Positions 40,997-51,240 of a stretch of DNA of 64,000 nucleotides are shown one piece after another. The stretch is from Nitrospirota bacterium. Lineage in GTDB: Bacteria; Nitrospirota; JACRHJ01. The notes under the pieces are model-generated. The model did not search any database. It was not told where the DNA came from and saw only the letters and a program-made list of their open reading frames with translations. A program made the position numbers and the translations under genes. Numbering within the stretch: the stretch's first letter is position 1; each line of letters begins with the position of its first letter. The stretch covers positions 416,001 to 480,000 of the forward strand of contig CAVTDB010000026.1 of assembly GCA_963733375.1 (NCBI GenBank), given 5' to 3'.

Positions 40997-41593
40997 TTAA
41001 ATCACCCCCTGCTGACATTTAAAAAAACGCGACAGTTCCCTCGCCAAAGACCGCGAGAGCTCCGACGGCTTCACGTATATTATCCCGACCGGCGAGGAGC
41101 CTAAAATAGCGCCAAGCGCCTCTTTGTCCGAAAAAGTAAATACCAAGGTATTGTCCCCGTCCATCCTCTCAAAAAGCCTCTTCCTGCTGTTTTCCGCCAG
41201 GTCTTCCGAGACCACCATCACGCCGCCGGGCGTCTTATAAGCCTGGCCGAGCGCCGCGTCAAACCCATATACGGCCAGCCCCGCCTTCCTCGACATCCCA
41301 AGGAGAGCCGAGGCTTTTTTCCCGACCTTATCCTTAAGCTCCCTATAAAAGGCTTCTCTTTGCGGCGGCTCGACTTGCTGCTTCAAAGCCCGCGAAAGCG
41401 CTCCGCCAGCCCCCGCCTTCAGGAGCTTTTCAATGCACTGCTTTTCCGGGCATATGTAAGCCCCCCTGCCGGGGACCTTCTCATTATAATCTATTATTAT
41501 AACGCCCTCCGGAGAGGCCGCCATCCTTATAAGCTCCCCTTTTTCGCCCTTCTTGCGGCAGGCTATGCACGTCCTTTCAGGCTGCGCCTTCAT
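40997..41593 (-). CDS. YlxR (DUF448)-L7Ae (YlxQ) fusion RNA-binding protein
   Basis: PERTCIACR..GRGAYIC followed by LLGMSRKAG..SEDL..LGAILG. Confidence 0.85.
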   Translation of the reverse strand: MKAQPERTCIACRKKGEKGELIRMAASPEGVIIIDYNEKVPGRGAYICPEKQCIEKLLKAGAGGALSRALKQQVEPPQREAFYRELKDKVGKKASALLGMSRKAGLAVYGFDAALGQAYKTPGGVMVVSEDLAENSRKRLFERMDGDNTLVFTFSDKEALGAILGSSPVGIIYVKPSELSRSLARELSRFFKCQQGVI

Positions 41594-42751
41594 CGCTCGT
41601 TTCGGGCTCGGCGGCTTCGGCCGATTCTGCATCTGCCGCCTGCGCCTCATCCAGGAGCCTGGACTCGCGCGCGATTGCCTCCTCTATCTCCTTCTCCCTG
41701 TCCTTCATGGGTCATCTTGTCGTATTCGGACTCGGAGTAGATGTCTATCTTCCAGCCGGTAAGCTTCGCGGCGAGCCGCACGTTCTGCCCCTTCTTGCCT
41801 ATCGCAAGCGATAGCTGGGTATCCGATACTATAACCAGCGCGGATTTCTCGTCCTCGTCCACGGCGACCTTTTCCACGGTAGCGGGAGAGAGAGCCTTGC
41901 TTATGAACTGTATGGGGTCCTCCGTCCAGGGGATGATGTCTATTTTCTCGCCCCGGAGTTCCCGGACGACCGCCTGGACCCTGGAGCCCTTCATCCCGAC
42001 GCATGCGCCGACCGGGTCCACGGCGGAATCCCTTGACTGGACGGCAATCTTCGTCCTGTCGCCCGCCTCGCGCACCGCGCCTTTTATCTGGACGATATTT
42101 TCGTAAATCTCAGGCACTTCCATCTCAAAGAGCTTCGAGACGAGTTCCGGGTTGCTCCTGGAGAGCACTATCTGCGGCCCCTTGTTGGTGGTCCGGACGT
42201 CCAGCAGGTATGCCCGCACCCTGTCGCCCTGTTTGTAGCTCTCCCGGGGGGCCTGCTCGCGCATCGGGAGGACCGCTTCGGTCTTTCCGATGTCGATGAT
42301 GTAGTTGCCCTTCTCCTGGCGCATGACGATACCGTTCACAAGGTCGCCGATCCTGCCGGAGTACTCATTCACGATGATGTCGCGCTCGGCCTCCTTGACC
42401 CGCTGCACTATTACCTGCTTCGCGGTCTGGGCCGCTATGCGCCCGTAACCTTCAAAGTCCTGGAGGATGTCCACCTCGCCGCCGATTTCCGCCGTTCGGG
42501 TCCAGTTCCTTCGCCTCTTCGAGCGTCATCTGGTTCCCGGGTTCCTCTACTTCCGTCACTACCTGGTAGATTAAATGAATGGAAATCTTTCCGTTTTTCG
42601 GATCGACTTTGACCCTTATATTTTCGTTTTCCGGGAACTTTCTCCTTGCCGCCGAGACCAGGGCGGACTCCACCGCTTCGAGGAGCACGTCCTTCGATAT
42701 GCCCTTCTCCTTGCATATCTGGTCGATCACGGTAATCAGTTCGTGGTTCAT
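41577..42751 (-). CDS. nusA: Transcription factor NusA (indels near 42480 and 41710)
   Basis: GRIAAQTAKQ, FEMEVPEI, DPVGACVG, LAIGKKGQN; an acidic tail ends at 41577. Confidence 0.96.
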
Positions 42752-42764
42752 GGAAAAAATCCTC

Positions 42765-43233
42765 CTAAAATTCGACTTCGAGGCGGGCCTTCTCGACCTG
42801 CCCATATTTTATATAGACCGTCTTTTTCCCGTCATTTAAGAGTAAATTAAACCCGTCATTATCCGGCGAATCTATCCTGCCGACCATTACCTTCTGCCCG
42901 TCGATAGCCTCGTTCGTCTTCACCTTGGCGAGCTTGCCGGTGAAACGCTCGTAGTCGGCGGGCTTATAAAGCGGCCTGTTCAGCCCCGGAGAGGAGACTT
43001 CCAGGACGTACGCGCCCTGTATGAAGTCTTCCACCTCGATTAAGGTGCTTATCTCCCGGCTGACAGTCTCGCAGTCGCCAAGGGTCACTCCGCCCGGCTT
43101 ATCTATGAAAAATTGCAGGCGCCAGCGGCCGCTCTCCATGATGAACTTGAGGTCGGCGAGCTTCAAAGCCCATCCCCTCAATCACTGGCCCGACGACACG
43201 CCTCGCGGCCTCGACTACCTTTTCCCTGGCCAT
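42765..43233 (-). CDS. rimP: Ribosome maturation factor RimP (indel near 43165)
   Basis: GVTLGDCE.VSR, YVLEVSSPG. Confidence 0.94.
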
Positions 43234-43251
43234 ACGGATCACCAAGTCCTT

Positions 43252-43284
43252 AAACAAAAAGAGTGGGCCTTTCGAGCCCACCCA
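43252..43284 (-). terminator. rimP-leader attenuator hairpin
   Basis: GGGTGGGC-TCGAAAG-GCCCACTC-TTTTTGTTT about 20 nt upstream of the rimP start. Confidence 0.8.
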
Positions 43285-43366
43285 GCAGTATTTGCTTCTG
43301 AGTTACTGTAATTTTTATCACAAACAGCTACGGATTGCAAGCAAAAAGTACAATCCGGCAGTATAT

Positions 43367-44560
43367 TTAGGACAGTTCCGACACCGCCTTCTCTATCCTG
43401 TCCAAGCCCTTCTCTATCGCCGCCATGGAGGTCGCGTAAGAGAGCCGGATGTACTCGTCCGCGCCGAAGGCGTCGCCGGAAACCACAGCCACCTTCGCCT
43501 CCTCCAGGAGATACGCCGCGAGGTCGGCGGAGCCTTTTATCTTTTTGCCCTTAAAACTTTTCCCGTATATCGGAGAGACGCGCGGGAAGGCGTAGAACGC
43601 CCCCACCGGCGTCGGGCAGGAAACCCCCGGTATCGCGTTCAGGCGCTCCACGATATATTTGCGCCTCTTGTCGAACTCCGCGACCATCACCGGCAGGAAG
43701 TCCTGCGGGCCGTTCAGAGCCTCCACCGCCGCTTTTTGCGTGATGGAGCACGGGTTGGAAGTGCTCTGGGACTGTATCTTGGTCATCGCGCCGATGACTT
43801 CCTTCGGCCCGGCGGCATAGCCCAGCCTCCAGCCGGTCATGGCGTGGGATTTGGACAAGCCGTTAATCGTGATTGTCAGGTCTTTAATTTCGCTTCCCAG
43901 CGAGGCGATGCTGACGTGCCGGAAGCCGTCATAGGTAATCTTCTCATAAATCTCGTCCGAAATTACCATCACCTTGTGCCTGACCGCCACCTCCGCGATC
44001 TTCTCCAGCGCCTCTTTCGGATAACCGAGGCCGGTGGGGTTGGACGGGCTGTTCAGTATCAGCGCCTTGGTCTTTGGCGTTATGGCCCTCTCAAAGGCCT
44101 CCGCCGTCAGGACGAATCCCTCGTCTTCCCTCGTCTGGACTATAACCGGCGTCGCGTCGTTTAAAATGACCTGATCGGGGTATGACACCCAGTAAGGAGC
44201 CGGGATTATCACCTCGTCGCCGGGGCCATAGAGCGCCTGGGCTACGTTGTATAGCGAATGCTTCGCGCCGGTGGAAACGATTATCTGAGAACGGTCGTAC
44301 AAGATGCCGTTGTCGTTTTTCAGTTTATTGATTATGGCGTCTTTAAGCTCGTCCGTGCCGCCGACGGCGGTATATTTCGTGAAGCCGCTTTTTAATGCCT
44401 TGACCGCCGCTTCCTTTATATTCTCCGGCGTGTCAAAATCAGGCTCTCCCGCGCCAAAACCCACCACGTCTATACCTTCCGCCTTCATCGCCTTCGCCCT
44501 CGCGTCCACCGCGAGAGTGGGAGAAGGTTTAATACCTTTTACTCGCTCCGCCAGAACCAT
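43367..44560 (-). CDS. aspC: Aspartate aminotransferase (class I PLP)
   Basis: GEPDF, NSPSNPTG, SDEIY, SKSHAMTGWRLG. Confidence 0.9.
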   Translation of the reverse strand: MVLAERVKGIKPSPTLAVDARAKAMKAEGIDVVGFGAGEPDFDTPENIKEAAVKALKSGFTKYTAVGGTDELKDAIINKLKNDNGILYDRSQIIVSTGAKHSLYNVAQALYGPGDEVIIPAPYWVSYPDQVILNDATPVIVQTREDEGFVLTAEAFERAITPKTKALILNSPSNPTGLGYPKEALEKIAEVAVRHKVMVISDEIYEKITYDGFRHVSIASLGSEIKDLTITINGLSKSHAMTGWRLGYAAGPKEVIGAMTKIQSQSTSNPCSITQKAAVEALNGPQDFLPVMVAEFDKRRKYIVERLNAIPGVSCPTPVGAFYAFPRVSPIYGKSFKGKKIKGSADLAAYLLEEAKVAVVSGDAFGADEYIRLSYATSMAAIEKGLDRIEKAVSELS

Positions 44561-44561
44561 C

Positions 44562-45195
44562 TCAAAAGCCTCCTTGATTTGCTAATTTTATTATTGCATT
44601 CACCACCGCCGCCGCAACCGGAGTCCCGCCCTTTCTGCCGCGGTTGGTGATAAATGGGACTTCCGTGATGCCTTCCAGCGCCTCTTTCGATTCCGCCGCG
44701 CCCACGAACCCCACCGGCACACCCACAATGAGCGCGGGCCTGACCCCCTCTTTCAGAAGGCGTATCAGCTCAAAAAGCGCCGTCGGCGCGTTGCCTATGG
44801 CCACTATGGAGCCGTCAATCAAGCCAAGCCCGGCGGCCTTTCTTATGCCTGCCGCGGAGCGTGTAATCCCTTCGCCTTTGGCAGTCTGCTTTTACGTCCT
44901 GGTCGGTAATGAAACAGAAGGCCTCGGCGGCGCCCGGCCTTTCTTTCGTTATGCCGGCGCGCAGCATGTTCACGTCAGTTATTATATTGCAGGATGAGGC
45001 GATGGCGGAAATACCGGCGGCTGTCGAGCCTTCGGAGAAGATCAGCAGGTCCGCGAACTCCAGGTCGGCGGTCGCATGCACGACCCTTTTCAGGACTTCC
45101 CTCTCCGGACCCTTAAATTCTTTGCCCGCGAGAAGCCCTTCGATAATCTCAAAGCTTCTGGACTCGATTGCGCGGGGGTCCGAGAGGAATTCCAA
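44562..45195 (-). CDS. cbiC: Precorrin-8X methylmutase (indels near 44830-44900)
   Basis: IESRSF, RVVHATAD, IGNAPTAL, PVGFVGAAESK, GRKGG. Confidence 0.9.
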
Positions 45196-45196
45196 C

Positions 45197-45627
45197 CTAC
45201 TTGGTCCCCTCTTTTTCTTCTGGTCCGTCGCTATGGCGAGTTTCAAAGCCCCGGCCTGTTTTGCCATGTCCAGGATCTTCACGACCACACCCTCCATGAC
45301 AGTCTCGTCGGCCTTTATGACGACCGTTTTGTCCGGGCTTACCGCCATGCGGGAGGCCAGGAGCCCTTTTAAATCATCCATGGTGACCTGGGCTTTGTTC
45401 AGGTAGATTATGTTTCCGGGAGCGACGGATACGACGGTAGTCTGCTCTTCCTGCGGCTCCGCGGTAGAAGCCTGCGGAAGCTTTATTTTGAACGCATTGT
45501 TCATCATGAGCGGCGTCGTAACCATGAAAATGACCAGGAGCACCATCACCACGTCCGTGAGCGGAGTGATGTTGATGTCGGACATTATCTTGGTCTTGCT
45601 GGTCCTGGTAATGCCCCATTTGCGCAT
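45197..45627 (-). CDS. exbD: ExbD/TolR family protein
   Basis: INITPLTDVVMVLLVIFMVT, IKAD. Confidence 0.9.
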
Positions 45628-45628
45628 A

Positions 45629-46255
45629 TTATGCCTTCCTCTCGAGCAACGTATCGATAGCCTCGGAGGCGGTGGACTCCATCTCCGAGACCATCCTGTT
45701 GACGCGGTGGGTGTAGTAATTGAACATTATGACCGCCGGGACCGCCACGAAAAGACCGGTGGCCGTGGCCACCAGGGCCTCCGCGATGCCGTTGGCGACT
45801 ACCGCCGGGCCGCCGCCCGATGCCAACGAGAGGTCGTGGAATGCGCGGATGATGCCGATGACGGTGCCGAAGAGGCCGACGAAAGGCGTGACGCTTCCGG
45901 TGGTGCCTATTATGCCGAGATTTCTCTCCAGGTGCAGCGTCTCCTTCATCGCGGCCTTCTCCATAGACTCGCCCATAGCCTCTTCACCGTGATGGAACGA
46001 GGAAAGGCCGGCTTTTACGATAGAGGCGAGCGACGTGGTGGAACTTTCGCAAAGCTCAAGCGCATCGGAGATATTCCCTGACCGCAGGACTTTTTTAAGC
46101 CTGCCCAGGAATTCCGATTTGCCTTTCTCCGCCTTGTGGAATACCCATCCCCTCTCCAGCATTACCGCGATTGAAAGAATGGAAAACCCGGCAAGGACTA
46201 TCATAGTCCAGCCGCCTTTTGACAGGAGTTGGAAAAAGCTTAGGTCTTGAAACAT
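45629..46255 (-). CDS. exbB: ExbB/TolQ/MotA proton channel
   Basis: PFVGLFGTVIGI, GIAEALVATATGL. Confidence 0.9.
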   Translation of the reverse strand: MFQDLSFFQLLSKGGWTMIVLAGFSILSIAVMLERGWVFHKAEKGKSEFLGRLKKVLRSGNISDALELCESSTTSLASIVKAGLSSFHHGEEAMGESMEKAAMKETLHLERNLGIIGTTGSVTPFVGLFGTVIGIIRAFHDLSLASGGGPAVVANGIAEALVATATGLFVAVPAVIMFNYYTHRVNRMVSEMESTASEAIDTLLERKA

Positions 46256-46280
46256 GCCCCTAATCCTCCGTGATACATTG

Positions 46281-46547
46281 TTATTTTGAATTTTTAAGGA
46301 CGAATTCAGCGAGCGCGTTTATAGAAGCGAAAGCCTCCCGGCCCACCGCCTCGTCCGGCACCTGCACTCCGAACTCCTGCTCAAGGCCCACGACGAGCTC
46401 CAGCGCGTCTATCGAATCCAGGCCCAGCCCTTCACCGAAAAGCGGCGCGTCGTCGTCTATTGCCTCCGGCTCCATCTGGAGCTTCAACCTCTGGATTATC
46501 AGTTTCTTCAGCCTGTCTTTGACTTCCATCAACTCTACTTCCTGCAT
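46281..46547 (-). CDS. Acyl carrier protein
   Basis: PLFGEGLGLDSIDALEL phosphopantetheine site; GGAGG RBS. Confidence 0.9.
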   Translation of the reverse strand: MQEVELMEVKDRLKKLIIQRLKLQMEPEAIDDDAPLFGEGLGLDSIDALELVVGLEQEFGVQVPDEAVGREAFASINALAEFVLKNSK

Positions 46548-46588
46548 CTTGCCCTGCCTCCTTCAAAACTATAGAAAAACGAGAGATT

Positions 46589-46618
46589 ATTGTATTACCG
46601 GGAGCGTAACATTGTCAA
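46589..46618 (-). promoter_or_regulatory. Sigma70 promoter of acp-exbBD
   Basis: TTGACA-18 nt-TACAAT. Confidence 0.6.
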
Positions 46619-46654
46619 GCCAAAGTTCACTATAGTTATACCGTTTCACCGATG

Positions 46655-46680
46655 CCCCTCTCCCATAAAGGGCGAAGGGA
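46655..46680. repeat. Degenerate CCCTCTCCC-type palindrome
   Basis: CCCCTCTCCC-ATAAA-GGGCGAAGGG. Confidence 0.5.
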
Positions 46681-46706
46681 GTCGGCGGGCGGGGAATTTT
46701 TTCCGC

Positions 46707-47375
46707 CTACCAGAAGAAGCTCCTCAGGAACATTATGCAGATGTGATAAGTATCCGGCACGTTCCTGAAATGGCTTCTTTTGAGCGCTTCCTCACTGTAA
46801 ATTGTCCTGACGGGCACGCTTATTATCTTGTATCCCATAATCCCCGCGCGCATCAGCATCTCCGATTCCGCCTCGAAACCGGAAGATTTCACCTTCATTT
46901 CGCGCAGCAATTCCGCCTTGTATATACGAAACCCGGACTGGGAGTCCAGTAGCGGGTTCCTTGCCCTCCAGGAGATGCACTTCACTCCGACCATGTTGGC
47001 CCTGTACCTGGCGGGCGGGATTTTATCCTTCTCCGTAAGCCTGGCGCCTACTACAATCCCGGCATCGGACGACACGGCGGAAAGGAGCTTCGGTATTTCA
47101 TCCGGGTCGTGCTGGCCGTCCGCGTCCATAGTCAGGACGGCGTCATATCCTTTTTCGAGCGCATATTTGAAGCCGGTCTTCAGCGCCGCCCCTTTTCCCA
47201 TGTTACGCGGATGGGAAATTATTTTTGCGCCGGCCCCGCTCGCCTCGCCGGCCGTATTATCGGAACTCCCGTCATCGACTACCAACACTTCGGGCAGATA
47301 CTTCAGCGCCTTTTCCACTACGCCCCCGACCATCCCCACCGCGTCATATGCCGGTATCAGGCCCAACACCTTCAC
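46707..47375 (-). CDS. Glycosyltransferase family 2 (DPM-synthase-like)
   Basis: IPAY, VDDGSSD, GKGAAL, DADGQH, DSQSGFR. Confidence 0.92.
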   Translation of the reverse strand: MKVLGLIPAYDAVGMVGGVVEKALKYLPEVLVVDDGSSDNTAGEASGAGAKIISHPRNMGKGAALKTGFKYALEKGYDAVLTMDADGQHDPDEIPKLLSAVSSDAGIVVGARLTEKDKIPPARYRANMVGVKCISWRARNPLLDSQSGFRIYKAELLREMKVKSSGFEAESEMLMRAGIMGYKIISVPVRTIYSEEALKRSHFRNVPDTYHICIMFLRSFFW

Positions 47376-48034
47376 GGGATATCGCCCCTGATGTGCCTTA
47401 CCGCTTCTTCCAGAAGCTCATCGCGGTTGGCCGCCGTTATCGTAAGCAGGTGTATATCCTTTCGCGCCTTTAACTCTTCGACAAATGGCGGCCCGTCAAC
47501 CGGCACCGTCGCCACGAGGGGTTTATCGCCTTCCACCGCGTTTGAGGCTATCTGCCTGAAATGGCCGCTCATAAGCTCCATCTTTCCGATCTCGTCTATC
47601 ACCACGAGATCGTCTTTGAGAAGGGCTTCTTCGACCGATTTCACCCCGACCTTTTCCAGGTCTTCCACGTTTACCGTATATTTGCCTACTTTCAGGCCGC
47701 CCTGTATTTTTTCGTGCGCGAGGACCCCTTCGCGCTTGTCCAGCGTAATTATTTTAAAGCCCTTCCGCTCGCCGTGCTCCCTTATCTCGCGGGTATAGAA
47801 CCCGCCCATTTTTACATCCTGGAGCTTCGTAACCAGCCGCTCGATAAGGGTAGTCTTACCGGAGCCGGGCTCTCCCTGAATAATTACTTTTATCCCTTTT
47901 TTGCCGGGATAATCCTTTATGCTTAAATCCCTTGAGAACTCCGCGCAATGTGAAGGGTCCGCCATGGAGAACTGTTTTTTGCAGGACTCCCTCCATGCGC
48001 ATATTACGCAGGAAGGCTTTATGCCGCTTGCCAT
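47372..48034 (-). CDS. THEP1-like NTPase with an N-terminal four-Cys domain
   Basis: GEPGSGKTT, GGFYTREIR..RKGF, VGKY, IDEIGKMEL; N-terminal CVIC-x5-C-x11-C. Confidence 0.85.
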   Translation of the reverse strand: MASGIKPSCVICAWRESCKKQFSMADPSHCAEFSRDLSIKDYPGKKGIKVIIQGEPGSGKTTLIERLVTKLQDVKMGGFYTREIREHGERKGFKIITLDKREGVLAHEKIQGGLKVGKYTVNVEDLEKVGVKSVEEALLKDDLVVIDEIGKMELMSGHFRQIASNAVEGDKPLVATVPVDGPPFVEELKARKDIHLLTITAANRDELLEEAVRHIRGDIP

Positions 48035-48879
48035 GCTCTCTCCTTCAGGAATGCAGCGATTACATCCTTTATGTTCTGGATAAAGCCGCCTTTACTGTTC
48101 ACTATGAATATCCGCTCCCCCACCCTGAAAAGCTCGTCCTTCCACCTCACCACGGGGGTCGCCCCGAGGGACGACTTCGGGAGGGTCTGCTCGAACATAA
48201 AAACGATTTTATCCTTCATCCGAAGCTCCGTGTCCACGATGAAAAGAGAGAGGTGCGGAGAGAGTTTGAGCGTCCTGTCGATGAAGGATGCTATCTCCGT
48301 GTCATATATCTGTTTCGGCGGGGACGATTTCACTTCCGCGTAAATCAAAAGACCCTCCAGCGCGGCAAGAAGGTCGTAATCTCCGCCAGTACCTGCCTCC
48401 CTGAAACTCACGCCCCATACGGCGTCGGCATAAAGCTCGCGCCTCATTACCTCCGCCAGATACCATTCAAGGGTGGGGCCGAAGCTCTTTACCGGCCCGT
48501 GCGACAGGGACAGACGTCCATCTCCCAGTTCCTTTGCAATGCCGGATTTAATTAAAAATTCTCCAAACTCCCTTGCCGCCTCGTCGCCGATAAACCTTGA
48601 GAGGCCTTCGGGAGTGAAGCCGTCCTGGTATTTTATCACATCCCGCAGGAAGAGCCGGAAAGAATATTTCCCCATCAGAGAATAAAACTCTTCCTTGAAC
48701 TGTGCGCCCGATTTAAGTACGTCCTTGTCCCGCTCTTTCCTGTAAATCCGGAAGCCCCGCCGGACGAGCATCTCTTCCACCCCGTTCCCCAGGGCCTTTT
48801 GAAGCCTGATTATCTCTTCCTTTAAGTCCCGGACCTCCTTTTCGAGGCCGTCTATTTTTTTCGCGGCATCGCCGTCCAT
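48019..48879 (-). CDS. Hypothetical protein with a PD-(D/E)XK nuclease-like motif
   Basis: GPTLEWY..GGDYDLL..YAEVKS. Confidence 0.65.
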   Translation of the reverse strand: MDGDAAKKIDGLEKEVRDLKEEIIRLQKALGNGVEEMLVRRGFRIYRKERDKDVLKSGAQFKEEFYSLMGKYSFRLFLRDVIKYQDGFTPEGLSRFIGDEAAREFGEFLIKSGIAKELGDGRLSLSHGPVKSFGPTLEWYLAEVMRRELYADAVWGVSFREAGTGGDYDLLAALEGLLIYAEVKSSPPKQIYDTEIASFIDRTLKLSPHLSLFIVDTELRMKDKIVFMFEQTLPKSSLGATPVVRWKDELFRVGERIFIVNSKGGFIQNIKDVIAAFLKERAWQAA

Positions 48880-49080
48880 CTATTTCCTCTCGAAAGACTT
48901 CACGAACCGTTCATAAGAGCGGTCGTAAGACCTCTCGTCCTCCGGCTTGAAGAAACAGCCAGGCAGTTCCTGCGATTTCCTGTGGTACGATATGCACTCG
49001 CAGCACATCCCCTTCCGGGGACAGGGCTCGTAGGTGCAGGTACATTTCGATTTATTTTTATGTGCATTGCATTCAGACAT
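48880..49080 (-). CDS. Small Cys-rich protein (DUF6485-like)
   Basis: CTCTYEPCPRKGMCCECISYHR..LPGCFF; GAGGG RBS. Confidence 0.75.
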   Translation of the reverse strand: MSECNAHKNKSKCTCTYEPCPRKGMCCECISYHRKSQELPGCFFKPEDERSYDRSYERFVKSFERK

Positions 49081-49096
49081 AAACCCTCCGGCAAAG

Positions 49097-49486
49097 TCAC
49101 TTTATTTTTATATAAACCTTCCTGCTGCGCGGCCCGTCGAACTCGCATAAAAATATTCCCTGCCAGGTCCCCAGGACCAGCTTGCCGTCCTCTATGAAGA
49201 CAGTCTCCGAACAGCCGAAGAGGCTGGATTTTATATGTCCGTCGGAGTTCCCTTCAGAGTGCCGGTAATCCCCGCTCTCCGGCACGACACTGGACATGTG
49301 CGTCTCGATATCCCGCACCACGTCCGGGTCCGCGTTCTCGTTTATCGTGACGGCCGCGGTGGTGTGCGGCACGAAAACGTAGCATATCCCGTCCTTGACG
49401 CCGCTCTCGGCCGCGGCACGGCGCACCTCGTCCGTTATGTTTACCATCTCGACGCGGCTCTTGGTGCGCAGCGTTATCTGCTTCAC
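49097..49486 (-). CDS. yjbQ: YjbQ/UPF0047 protein (secondary thiamine-phosphate synthase)
   Basis: [33 protein letters not shown]. Confidence 0.92.
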   Translation of the reverse strand: MKQITLRTKSRVEMVNITDEVRRAAAESGVKDGICYVFVPHTTAAVTINENADPDVVRDIETHMSSVVPESGDYRHSEGNSDGHIKSSLFGCSETVFIEDGKLVLGTWQGIFLCEFDGPRSRKVYIKIK

Positions 49487-50594
49487 TTGGTCACCTGGAC
49501 GAACTTGCCGCCATCGACTTTCCAGATGACGTAATGGGCGTTTTTGTTGTCGCCGTTTTTGCTGAACTCGATTTTGCCGAGCGGCGAATCGAAGCTGTTT
49601 TTGCGGAGATAGTCAGCCAATACCTTTCCGTCGGTGGATTTCGTATCGTTTATAGCCTTAAGCATTATATCCGCCGCGACATATGCATATATGGAATAGG
49701 GGCCGGGCTCGCCGAACTTCCTTTTGTATTTATCCAGGAAGTCCCTGGCGCTTTCTATGCTGGAAGGGTCGGGAGTGAAAGTTATATAAAAACCGTCCGC
49801 GCTCCCTCCGGCAATCTCCACCAGCTTCCTGTCCATCGCGCCGTCTCCGCCGACAAATATCGCATCAAGCCCGATCTCCCGCGCCTGCCTGACAAGGAGG
49901 CCCGCTTCCGGATACATCCCGCCGAAATAAACCACTTCAGGGTCCGCGCTCTTTATGCTGGCCAGCACGCTCTTGAAGTCCTTGTCGCCCTGGATGATGC
50001 TGCCGTCGTAAACTACCTTCGCCTGCGGCCCAAGGTTCTTCTTGAACTCGTCGGTTATACCCTGGCCGTAGGTGGTTTTATCCTGGATCACCGCGATGCG
50101 CGTTTTCTTCAGCTCATTAGTAACGAACTCCGCCGCCACTTTCCCCTGCTGGTCGTCCCTTCCGCATACGCGGAAAGTGTTCCAGTATCCCTGCTCGGTG
50201 AACTGCGGATTGGTAGTGGCCGGGCTTATCATCGGGATGCCTCCGTCCAGATAGACTTTGGAGGCAGGTATGGAGCAGGAAGAATTGAAATGTCCTATAA
50301 CACCGGCTACGTTCTCGTTTATCAGCTTATTGGCCGCGGATACCGCCTGTTTCGGGTCATGCTGGTCGTCCTCCAGGAACACCTGCACCTTCTTCCCCAT
50401 GACCCCGCCCTGCGACTCCCATTTCTTCACGGCCATTCCGACGCCGTTTTTAAAGTCCACTCCGTAGCGGCTCTGGTCTCCGGTCATCGGCCCGGCGACG
50501 CCTATCTTGATTACGTCGCCCCCGCCTTTGGAACAGCCGGAAATTAACAGTAAAGCCGCCGACAAGGATGCAATAAAGATTAAAAACCCGCGCA

Positions 50595-50595
<1 letters not shown>
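49483..50595 (-). CDS. Branched-chain amino acid ABC substrate-binding lipoprotein (LivK/J family)
   Basis: Lipobox [23 protein letters not shown]. Confidence 0.9.

Positions 50596-51239
<644 letters not shown>

Positions 51240-51240
<1 letters not shown>

Noticed and set aside
44815-45627. Apparent ExbD-CbiC fusion ORF
   Set aside because: A periplasmic domain fused to a cytoplasmic enzyme is implausible; one more A in the AAAAA run near 45212 restores a TAG at 45197-45199 just before the cbiC TTG
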